From: Eledone cirrhosa
Taxonomy: Eukaryota
Reading direction: 5' to 3'
Assembly (NCBI GenBank): GCA_964016885.1
Contig: OZ024742.1
Coordinates: 130,758,001-130,822,000, forward strand
Length of the DNA stretch: 64,000 bases
This document shows, one piece after another, positions 1 through 11,920 of the stretch. Each line of letters begins with the position of its first letter. Positions within the stretch are counted from its first letter, which is position 1. The notes under the pieces are model-generated. The model was not told the DNA's origin. It was given only the letters and a program-made list of their open reading frames with translations, and did not search any database. Made by a program: the position numbers and the translations under genes.

Positions 1-92
1 ACATATATATATATAAATATATATACACATATATATACATATATATATACACATATATATACATATATATATATATAAATATATATACACAC

Positions 93-162
<70 letters not shown>

Positions 163-285
163 GCGCACACACACACACACATATATATATATATGTATAT
201 ATATATATGTATATATATATATATGTATATATATGTATATATATATATATATATATGTATAAATATATATATATATGTATATAAT
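1..285. repeat. (TA)n/(CA)n microsatellite, representative of dozens of such tracts
   Basis: Directly visible; similar tracts across the window explain most IY/CV/HT-rich ORFs. Confidence 0.98.
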
Positions 286-831
286 GTTTTTGAAAAAACT
301 AATTAACCCACGTGAATATTATTTTCTTTTCTCGTGAATCGTGGTTGTCTCCCTTTCCCGCTTCGTGACGCTATGAAACTTCCTCAGTCAAAAGACTGCT
401 GGAATTTCAAATTTGGCGGTCATTCGATGCGTGAAGGAGCAGCTTAGCAGACACGATTTTTAACTGCGGTAAGAATTTTTTCTTATATCAAAGTTTAATG
501 GGCTTCCACTGAAGATTTATAAGTGCCTACCTAAATATATTCTTACATGAATATATGTTAGGCTTCTACATAAACTGGAAACATTCTCCCAATTTGTAGA
601 AAACTTATAATGAAACAATTGTTTGGAAAGAGAGATATATTTTAACTTTAATTATATCTCATAAAATAATACAACTGGCTTTCCACAAAATACATATAGT
701 TAGCACCCAAAACACTTAAATTGGGTTTATACTAACATATAACCTAATGTTTGTTGAGTGAGATGGTTACCAGTCGGAGTTTAGCTTTAAGCTATCTCTG
801 TTATTGTATTAAATATATGTATATATATATA

Positions 832-1200
832 TATCAAAATAAAGATCCGAAGGCATGGTATAAATTTCCAATCATTTTAATCACGACACGTGTCTCAATA
901 AGAGATAGATCGATCGTGTGGTCATGATCGATTATCACTGATCTCATCAGGTGAATAATGAAATGTCTTCAAATCTTTGATATGAGGGAAGAAAAAACTA
1001 ACGATGTTCACTCACAGAGTTTTGTTCTCCATATGAAGATACAGCAGCCAAAACACGCCAACTGCTATCGTCTTCAGTCAGGGTCATAAATTTATCAAGT
1101 CGCTATCTCTCAATAGCTGTAAAAGACGCTGGCCTTCGGATCTTTATTTTGATACAAATACATCATCTAGCTGTTCCCATAAATGGAATTGGAGATATAC
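832..1200. mobile_element. Short PLE-type fold-back insert (inverted arms plus tail) with HHR relic
   Basis: tatcaaaataaagatccgaaggc (832-854) is the reverse complement of gccttcggatctttattttgata (1132-1154); begins at a (TA)n tract; right arm continues ~45 nt. Confidence 0.7.
881..954 (-). ncRNA. Type I hammerhead ribozyme, degenerate (GAGA for GAAA)
   Basis: Minus strand: tcac-CTGATGA-long stem II-GAGAcacgtGTC-gtga; palindromic stem III ACACGTGT; stem I tcac/gtga. Confidence 0.7.
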
Positions 1201-1339
1201 AAAAGCGCGGAGAACTTAATATTGCTAACACAAGTTTATTGGACCGTATGACACAACCAATAATACACCTTACTATATAACAACTTAAAGCTCCTAATTC
1301 TGTTGAGCACTTAATGCTGTTAAGCAAAGAATATGATGG

Positions 1340-3700
1340 AGAAATTCTCGGTGAACTATCCGCTTAAGGACATCCCTATGCCTAGCATATAAGAATTTAC
1401 AAGGTTGGCGATAGGTAAATCGGACTCCTTTGTCCGCAGACTGGGTTGGAAGGCCTTCCACTTGGATAGAGGAACACTAAAAAACCACTCCAGGGAGGGA
1501 ACGCGCGGCATCGAGGGAAAATTCAAATCCAGAAGAAACCCACCGCACAATAAGTACCTGGAGGAATTCGAAAATGAAATGACTAACATAGTGTCCAGCC
1601 TTAAGTTCAGGAAAAACTCACTCAGGGGAAAGAGCTACTTAAAACGACTGAACGGTGATCTAGGAAAACTAAAGAACTCGACCGGCATTCTGGTGCACGC
1701 GGATAAAACGAACAATCTATACGATATGGATAGAGTAACCTATGATGACCTGATAATCAGAGAACTTAGAAAAAACTACAAGAAAACTACACAGGCCAGC
1801 CTGGATCTAATCAGCACGGAGGCCAATAGCGTCATGACTAAACTGGGTATTGAAAATAAAATTGAGCCGTTCCATCCTAGAATTCCGAGTATTTTATTGA
1901 AAGACCACAAATTAAACTTTGAATCGTCAAGACCTGTCAGGCTAATAGCCCCTTCGAAATCTGGCATAGGAATCGTGAGTAAAAACATCCTTGATATAAT
2001 AATCCCCACTCTAGTTAGGAGATCGAAACTTTAATTATGGTCAGGAACTGTGAGAAATCACAGAATAAGAATAGCACTAAGTTTATACAGTTTGATATCT
2101 CTAACTACTACTCTTCGATCTCTCCAACTCTTCTAGGTAAGGCCCTAAACTTTGCTAGCTTACACACCGACCTTACATCGGAAGAAATTAACGTTATTCT
2201 CCTAGCTAGGAAAACCTTGAGTTCAAAGGAGACTTGTGGACTAGGAGAGACTGGCCGGACAATTTCGACATCACCATGGGATCCACGGACGGATCTGGTG
2301 GACCTCTACATCCTCGACTGTCTTGGAGTGGAAATGCCCCACTTGGGAGGTGGGGCTTACCGTGACGACGTTTTGTTTACTGTGTCGTATCATAATAATA
2401 GTATGGTAGAGAGGGTGAGAAAAAAACTAAGCAAATTCTTCAACAACATACACTTAAGTATGGTGTTTGAAGAAAACCTGAAGACAGTTAATTTTCTAGA
2501 TGTTACACTTAACCTCAATTCAGGACTCTTCCAACCCTACCACAAACCCAACGAGAATTTAAATTATGTCAACGCAAAATCGAACCACCCTAGAATAGTC
2601 TCTAACGGTATTACAAAAAGCGTCTCTAGTAGATTTTCAGGACTATCTTCCAATGAAGATACATTCGATAGGATCTCAAATTACTATAATAGCGCCTTGG
2701 AACGCGCGGGGCATAGCGAGGGAATCTCATTCAAACATCCATTAGGTAGTAGTAGCAACATTGTCTGCGATAGTTTAGGCCAAAATAGTGACACTTTAGT
2801 TAAAAACAGGCGGGAAGCGAGGGAGGATCAATATAGACTTCATGTTGTATTGCCTCCTAGTCCCAATGACGACGGTAGCAATGAGAATAACCACCCAGGT
2901 ACAACACGGTGTCCGAGCACCGTACAGCCAGCGGAAACTTTAATTGTAACCTTAACTGTAGAGCTGATAAAACAACCGTTGAACGTAAAATAGAACGAAG
3001 GTCGGGTAGAGGGAATAGGGATAAATGTAGTAGGCGCATAGTGGATATAACCCCGGCTGTCGAGGGTAATTCCAATAATTGCATTTAAGGACTGCCCAGG
3101 GCGGGATGAGGCAGGGCAGAACTAATGTCAATTCTATGCATGAACGGACTCATACGCGTGAGGTGAGTCAGGCCACCCCAACCCCTGGGAACTTACCCAT
3201 AGAGCAGACAAGAACTGAGACCCGATACCAGGAGTACCGTGGTTCCTCAGGAACCATCCCGGTCGGTAGCAGAAAATGCAATTGCAGGAACACCGCTACT
3301 TGCTCCTTGGCTGGGAAATGCCTCACCAAGAACATAGTCTACGACTGTAAGGTCTCCAGTTTAGATAGAACGTTCAGGTATGCTGGGGCAACTGCCACTG
3401 AATTTAAGGATAGATTAGATAAAAAAAGTAGCACGGCGCTTTCTGAATTAGTCTGGAAGCTTAAAGAACAGAATATAGAGCACTCCTTACCCTGGTCCAT
3501 AGTTTGCTCAGCCCAGCCATATAACAGCAGCACGGGCGTTTGTAATTTGTGTATAGCTGAAACCTTTAATATAATTAGAGGCGGTCCCCTACTAATCAAT
3601 AGGCATAGACACCTGCCAGCATAGAACCTCGAAAACCTTCCTCAGGGTTTTTGGAAAGTAACCTACCACTAACTCCACCCTTTTTACCTTTTTGCCATAA
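1340..3700 (+). mobile_element. Penelope-like element, disrupted RT + GIY-YIG ORF
   Basis: ORFs 1405-2034, 2037-2993, 3079-3624: HADKTNNLY, LKDHK, PVRLIAP, FIQFDISNYYSSI, YRDD, FLDVTL, SNHP; linker CNCRNTATC; GIY-YIG IVYDC..YAG; terminal CNLC. Confidence 0.93.
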
Positions 3701-4060
3701 ATGTGTAAGCTAATTCACCTCTAGGGGTTGTATTGATGAACATTAAACTCTGGTATTTATTGCTATCATACCATGAGTTTATTCTATTAGCCTTATTCCT
3801 ATTTGGTTCTGGCTCCTCTATATACTCTGATTTTATTTCTCTGATTGTAACCAGAGAACTGCATACGGTGGATGAAGTGTTGTATGTGTCTCTCTAGTTC
3901 TTTGGGGTTGCACATGCGGGACACGTTTCTCATCACCCGTACCAAATCCGCAATCAGTATGTTGATTTTGGTGTGGTCCGAAACAGCTGAGTTTCGGTGG
4001 ATCAGATATTTGGAAGTCATGGGTTTGGCATAATGGGAATGGAGGATTTGTTTTTTGTTT
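3700..4060 (-). mobile_element. PLE fragment related to the element at 17.2-20.7 kb
   Basis: QILHSHYAKPMTSKYLI...ILIADLVRVMRNVSRMC...QHFIHRMQFSGY closely matches the peptide encoded at ~19240-19450. Confidence 0.9.
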
Positions 4061-4080
4061 AATGGCGCACACATACACAC

Positions 4081-4168
<88 letters not shown>

Positions 4169-4504
4169 TTGTATGTGTGCGCGCGTGTGTGTGTCTCTGT
4201 GTGTGTGCGTATCTCTCCCTCGCTTTCTTTTTCTCTCCCTGATTCTCTCTATATATATACAGCGATACATTGTTAGTTAATACAGTGAGAGAAAATAAAA
4301 GAGAGAGAGCGAGAGAGAAAGAGAGATAGATAGATAGATAGAGAGAGAGATAGAGAGAGAGTGACAGAGAGAGGGAGAGGGAGAGAGAGAGAGTGAGAGA
4401 GAGATGAAAAGAACAGGACGTGAAGACAGAAATAGAGAAGCTGAAAGACTTAAATACTCAAATGAATAATTACATTAACAAGATCTAATTAAGTAAAATA
4501 TGTT

Positions 4505-4544
<40 letters not shown>

Positions 4545-4594
4545 CTTACACAACCGTGTCTCTGTCTCTCTCTCGGCTGTACACATATGTCCAG

Positions 4595-4637
<43 letters not shown>

Positions 4638-4696
4638 CTTACACAAACGTGTCTCTGTCTCTCTCGGCTGTACACATATGTCCACATATATATATA

Positions 4697-4890
4697 ACAA
4701 AGGAATTGTGGTAAGGAACCAGATGGACCATAACGCACCAGAGTACTCAATACTTACGGTGGTAGAGTGGGAAATAGGAAAAAGTATGACCGCCAACGGC
4801 AGAGCTCAAGCTGTTTCGACGGCTATTTCTGGACAGAAATAGCCGTCGAAACGGCTTGAGCTCTGCCGTCGGGGTCATACTTTTTCCTAT
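4697..4890. mobile_element. Fold-back PLE-type element, family A (3' half of HHR plus ~75 nt tail)
   Basis: Palindrome ~4774-4890 centred at tttctg-ga-cagaaa; contains GAAACGGC-loop-GCCGTC-GGGG; homologous to 9112-9285, 50985-51180, 58803-58905; flanked by (TA)n. Confidence 0.85.
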
Positions 4891-5158
4891 ATATATATAT
4901 ATATATATATATATACTTACACAAACGTGTCTCTGTCCGACTCTCTTGGGAGTATACATTCATACATAATCTCAGAGGAACATACACATATCTACATGTG
5001 TGTGTATATATATGTATGTATATATGTGTATGCGCGTGCGTGCGCATGCGTGGGGATATATGTGTGTGCGTGCGCTTGCGTGAGTCTGTATGTGTTTGTA
5101 TATATATATATATATATACAAACACATACATATAAATTTATATATATGCAAACACACA

Positions 5159-5240
<82 letters not shown>

Positions 5241-5246
5241 AATAGA

Positions 5247-5299
<53 letters not shown>

Positions 5300-5375
5300 C
5301 ACGAGTCCTTTACCCCGTTGCTTTACTTGATATATATATATATATGTATGTATACATGTGTATATGTATATACCC

Positions 5376-5441
<66 letters not shown>

Positions 5442-6003
5442 GTATCTATGTATATATATATATACACACGTACGTACCTACATAGATGAACACGAACGTA
5501 AAACCATTTGCGCATTCTCCCTCACCAAAAATAGCCAACGAAATGAAATGTTACACTTTGTTTTTCTATTGAGTTTCTTTTAATGGCCATCGTCTTAACT
5601 ATTTTAGATCCGGTTGTTTACCAGGAAAGATGTCGGACCGAAGAGGAAGCACCAAAATGGAGTATAAGTGGCTAAATGCAGACGGCTGACTATTTTAGTG
5701 ATGGAATTAAGCCTGGAAATTAAAGCATTCGTTCCTCTAACGCGACAGGACCATCTCAGTCGGAATTCCGGCCATTTTCGAATGATATTTCACCCCCTCC
5801 TATTTTTCACCCATATCCCTTCTCCTATTTTCCTTTCTCTCCAATACGCACACACACAAAAACCGTGCACGCACACGCACACACACACACACAAACAAAC
5901 AAACGCACACACACACACAAACAAACGCACACACACACACTCACACACCCACATATATACACATACAAATACACACACACGCAATCACACACACACACAC
6001 ACA

Positions 6004-6092
<89 letters not shown>

Positions 6093-6118
6093 ATATATAT
6101 ATATACATACATACGTAC

Positions 6119-6172
<54 letters not shown>

Positions 6173-6515
6173 AATGTCTAAAAATCTGAATAGAAAAAAC
6201 AACAACGAAACAAAACGAAAAAACAACAACGAAACCAACAACAAAAACAAACAAATAAACAAACAACGAACTATAATAGTAAGAACAATTACAACAACAA
6301 CAATAACAACAACACCAACAACACTACCAACAATTACTTTAACAAAAGCGACAGTAATCTGCTGAGCCCCCCCTCTCCCTCTGACAGACTTTGACAATTC
6401 TTACGTTGACAAAAAAAAATTTACAATTTCCCCCAGTCTTTGTTGCCATAAATCTAAAAAAAAAAAAATATATGTACATGCTAACGGACACACACACGCG
6501 CACACACACACACAC

Positions 6516-6624
<109 letters not shown>

Positions 6625-6713
6625 TAGATAGATAATGTGAATGTGTGCCTATAGATGTGCAGATAAACACTCATATAGACGAACGCACATACACACAAAT
6701 AGACGCGCATGCA

Positions 6714-6816
<103 letters not shown>

Positions 6817-7097
6817 TATATACATTCGTGGCAAGATATAAGGAGCTGCATGAACATATGAGACACATATGCGCATATATATTCTACAATTGCGTACACA
6901 CAGTCTTGCATATATTTCCAAGCACTCACACACGCACACACACACACACGCACACACACGCACATATGCATACATGCACACATACATATTTACATACATA
7001 CAAGCGTACACATCTATCCATTTTTCTCTCTATCTCTCTATCTATCTATCTGTCTGCTTCTCTGTCTGTCTGTCTTTATCTCTCTTTCTCTCTCTGA

Positions 7098-7153
<56 letters not shown>

Positions 7154-7325
7154 ATCTCTCTCTCTCTCTCCCTCTCTCTCTCTCTTTATATATATATATA
7201 TATGATATTTGGGAAAATAATTTTTTTATTGTAATGATTGGCTGATAAAATAAAGTACCAGTAATGTAATGAGATAATTGCTGGCCTTGTGCCAAAAGTA
7301 GAAACAATTATATATATATATATAT

Positions 7326-7620
7326 ACTAGCAGAGGTACCGGCGTTGCTCGGGTATTAAATAGCAGTTATGTATACCATTTATGTCAATACTTCTGTGCT
7401 GCTTCGAAAACTATACTTTTACAAAATCATCGGCTTTTTCCAAAAGGGGGTTTCTACCCCCAGGGTCCCCTACTCAATATGTGCCAATTCTGAGAGTTCA
7501 CATTCATCTGTAGAACAAACGGGGTTATCTGCCGGGAGGCCCTATAATCAATATCTGGAAAAATGAAAGTGCCCATGACCATTCGGAGTACGTAAGTAAC
7601 CTACGTCTTAAGTTTGGTGA
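7326..7620 (-). mobile_element. Helitron-like 3' terminus (non-autonomous)
   Basis: Minus strand reads taccCGAGCAACGCCGGtacctctgCTAGt: GC-rich subterminal hairpin followed by CTAG; far boundary not defined. Confidence 0.6.
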
Positions 7621-7865
7621 AAATGCTGTAGAAATGCATAAGGTTTACACACACACACGCGCACGCGTTTGTGTGTGTGTTTGTGTGTGTGTATGTATTT
7701 GTGTGTGCGTATGTATATGTATATGTATGTCCGTCGGCGCATACGTATGTACTGGCCTAAATCTTCACTGTTTACTTTTACTATTTTAATAACCTCTGTC
7801 AATTTCGTTTACAATTTTATTTACATCATTCTTAAACTCCGGGGCTGGAAATCATTCGGTTATTT

Positions 7866-8148
7866 TAAATAGAATATTAGTCTAACGACTCCATTTATAC
7901 CATAAACTTGGTCTTGTCTTTGCATGAAATTGTTCTTCTCGGTCCACATAACGACGTATTATCCTCGCTTGTTTTTCGTTCATTGCCAGGGAACGTCTTC
8001 ACGAACCAAAATATCGTCTTCCTGTTTTCCTTCGGTTGCAATGTTTCTCGAAATATTGACTTCTGTGTTCACAGATTGAATTTTTTAGTTTCAGAAGATC
8101 CCGTTAATGTTGAAAGCAGCAATTCCTTGCTTAAACTTTAATCTGTAC
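7866..8148 (+). mobile_element. 3'/pLTR fragment of PLE family B with variant HHR
   Basis: Homologous to ~50410-50685; contains agttt-CAGAAGA-tcccgttaa...tGAAAgca...tgcTT-aaact. Confidence 0.85.
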
Positions 8149-8152
8149 TTAT

Positions 8153-8252
<100 letters not shown>

Positions 8253-8771
8253 TAGAAAGAAAGAAAGAGAGAGAGAGAGATGCGTCTTTTTGTGTGTGTG
8301 TGCGGACATAAACATATATAACACACACAGTCACAGTACGTCTTGTGTGAAAGAGAGAAAGAGACGTAACGTTGAGGAAAGGGGAGAGTTGAACAGTGTG
8401 TAAAGGATAAATAAATAAAAGTTAAAGTTCCTCACTCTCTTTCTTTCTTTCCCAACCCCTCTCTCCCTTTTTTCTCATACCCTCTCTCTCTCTTTCTCTC
8501 GTGCTCTCTCTCTCTCTCTCACTCATACCCCCTCTCTCTCTCTTCCTCTACAGAATGGAGAACAATAAAGAACGCGCAGATCCCCCCCCCTCTCTCTCTC
8601 TATCTTTATATATATATATGTGTTTGTGTGTGTGTGTGTGTGTGAACCAGTGTTCATCGCCATTCTCTCTCTCTCTCTCTCTCTATCTGAATATCTTGTA
8701 CCTCTCTCTGTATACGGCCTATCTCACTCTCTCTCTCTCTACATCTCCCTTTCTCTCTTTAGATGTATATG

Positions 8772-8846
<75 letters not shown>

Positions 8847-9070
8847 CAATGACGTGTTCGTCAGAATGTCGTTATGCAGACGGCCAGACAAACAGACAGA
8901 TATTATAAGAGCTCGACGGAGATCGATAACACCCCTTTAACAACAGAAAATTGAAAAATAAAAGCTGCAGTTAGTATTAAGCAATATATAAATGCAAGTT
9001 TGAATTCAATCGGAGTAGAAATGTGGATTTGTAAAGACTTAGCAAAAATGAGGACACACAGACAACATCA

Positions 9071-9111
<41 letters not shown>

Positions 9112-9117
<6 letters not shown>

Positions 9118-9285
9118 ATGTTTAACCTCGACAGCAGAGCTCAAGCCGTTTCGAATAGCCGTCGAAACGGCTTGAGCTCTGCCGTCGGGGTTAAACATTT
9201 TCCTATTACCCACTCTACTACTCTAAATATTGAGTACTCTGGTGCGTTATGGTCCATCTGGTTTCTTACCACACGTCCTTCGTTA
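9112..9285. mobile_element. Fold-back PLE-type element, family A
   Basis: Inverted arms ~9115-9202 around ttcgaatagccgtcgaa; tail to the right; (TA)n on both sides. Confidence 0.85.
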
Positions 9286-9348
9286 TATATATATATAATA
9301 TATATATATATATTTATAAATATGTAGCAAGAGTTGCAGTATTTTTTG

Positions 9349-9404
<56 letters not shown>

Positions 9405-10010
9405 TGTATCGAATGAACCTTCAGTTCTGATGGAGTCGTGGGTGTACCCTATTGACATACGGTGTTTCTTAGACATTTTTGAAAACTAATGGAGCCCAGC
9501 ACATCTCCCATGTACTGTGCCGTTTGTTTTGTTAGTTTTGTTATTTCTGTTTACCTTTTACACACACACACATACCCCCCCCCCCCCACAAACACACACA
9601 GCCCCCCCCCCCCCCCCCCCACAAACACACACAGCCCCCCCCCACAAACACACACTCACACAAACACACACACACGTGTATATATATAAACACGTATATG
9701 CGTGTGTGTATTTATTTTGCACTTAATTGAAATTTTGCATTGGGGTTACATCTTTTCAAGAGGAAGGTCATAAACCACGTGGCATTTCCTGATAACTTAT
9801 AAAATCTTAAGTTTATAAATAATATAGAATATATTTTTTATGATAGAAGGAAATTATTTTTGTAACCAAGAATTAAAAAAAAAAACTGAGTCAACGTGTG
9901 TCTATGTAAGTGGTGGTGGTGGTGGTGAGTAAACAATTACGACCAATCGTATTCTGCCTCGGTATCCACAGCCCATATATATATATATATAGTAAGTAGT
10001 TTTCAATATG

Positions 10011-10046
<36 letters not shown>

Positions 10047-10057
10047 AGCAGTTTTCA

Positions 10058-10094
<37 letters not shown>

Positions 10095-10111
10095 ATTATA
10101 TTATATATATA

Positions 10112-10209
<98 letters not shown>

Positions 10210-10690
10210 TCGTGCGCGTGTGTGTGTTACATAAACACAGGAAATTGATTTTATAAGTATATAAATATAGGAAATTATTTTTTCTATGAAAGAAAATTGA
10301 TTTTGTAAATTAAAAAAAAAACTTGGATATGAATATAGTAAATCTATGTTTGAAGTCCGAATATTCTTCATTTAAACACAATAGATGGAAAAATTAAAAC
10401 AAAGAAACATTTCTTTTATGAATAAAAGAAAAGCAGAATTCATTTTATTTCACGTCCTTCTCTATATCAATCACGCGTACGGTGTCCTTTAAAACAATGT
10501 CTGCTTTTTGTTTTAAAGCATTACTGAGTATTTATACAAATATAAGTCTACCCAATCGTATGCTGTATATAACATCTGTATGTCTTCACTACTGCCCGTG
10601 AATCTATTATTGTTTTACTTAAGATACTTGTGCTTTTATGCTACCATAAATTTTAAAGAATCCATATAAATATTAACAAACTAAGTAAAT

Positions 10691-10746
<56 letters not shown>

Positions 10747-10811
10747 ATAATTGTTTCTACTTTTGGCACAAGGCCACCAATTATCCAAGTGTATTTCTGG
10801 TACTTTATTTT

Positions 10812-11270
10812 AATAATAAATATGAAGACTAAAATCCGAAGAGGGCTCGATATGGATAAATATATATCAAATATATAAGAACCACAGAGCAAATATTTAT
10901 TAAAATAACAGATTAAAGTTTAAGCAAATAATCGCAGGTTTAACTCTTAACGGGATCTTCTGAAACTAAAAAAAAATCAATCTGTGCACGCAGAAGTAAA
11001 TATTTCGAAAAACGTTGCAACCGAAGGAAAACAGGAATTGTTCTCAACGCTCCACATAACGACTTTTTATCTTCGCTTTTTTCCGTTCATTGCCAGGGAA
11101 CGTCTTCACGAACCAATGTATCGTCTTCTTGTTTTCCTTCGGTTGTAACGTTTTTCGAAATATTTACTTCTGCGTTCACAGATTGTTTTTTTTCAGTTTC
11201 AGAAGATCCCGTTAAGGGTGAAAGCAGCAATTCTTTGCTTAAACTTTAATCTGTTATTTTAATAAATATT
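10812..11270. mobile_element. Fold-back insert of PLE family B (two variant HHRs, tail on left arm)
   Basis: ~10890-11037 is the inverse of ~11125-11270; left arm extends ~75 nt further (gaagactaaaatcc...gagggctcgat), as at ~47045-47120. Confidence 0.9.
11178..11254 (+). ncRNA. Extended type I HHR-like fold with CAGAAGA core
   Basis: acagatt..agttt CAGAAGA t-ccc-gttaa-ggg-t GAAA gca..tgc TT aaact-tt-aatctgt; stems I-III can all pair. Confidence 0.7.
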
Positions 11271-11292
11271 TATATATATATATGTATGTATG

Positions 11293-11385
<93 letters not shown>

Positions 11386-11439
11386 AAACATTAATATATG
11401 AGGCGAATGTTTGTTTATATATATATATATAAACAAACA

Positions 11440-11613
11440 TTCGCCTCATTCTGACGTCACTAGCCCTGTTTTCCTCATGTGCGTTTTTCATAATCACGCA
11501 TGATGGTGAACTAGCCAGTTTTAAAATTCCCATTTTAGCATATAAATCTGTGAGAGTCCTGGTTATCGAGTTGAGCTCTGCTGACGATTGAAATCCAACC
11601 GTGACCATCTCCA
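11440..11613 (-). CDS. Candidate host exon E (SEA-like C-terminal part); 3' boundary uncertain
   Basis: Acceptor ctttcag; phase 1 matches exon D; reads (M)[32 protein letters not shown]. Confidence 0.28.
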
Positions 11614-11920
11614 CTGAAAGTTTTCATGAAATAGTCTTTAAGACTATACAGAGCATTTGAAGTTTTTCCAAATTGAAGGATGAGTATTTTAGACTTTATT
11701 TTATCATGAGTTCAGGCTCTATTGATTTTTCCCTGGATTTCACTAAATTCTGTGGATGAATTTATATCCTGATTCTATTTGAGATGAGTTTGAATTATTT
11801 TTCCCACATCTTACGTTAACTATTTTTCCCATTTTGACGCTGTAGTCGCATATATGTTATGGAATACTGTTGGCTTCTCGCTACAACAATTTCTATACCT
11901 TTTATTTATATATATATATA

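Noticed and set aside
330-475. Plus-strand exon ending at gtaaga (~469)
   Set aside because: The ATG frame hits a stop and no linked downstream exon was found.
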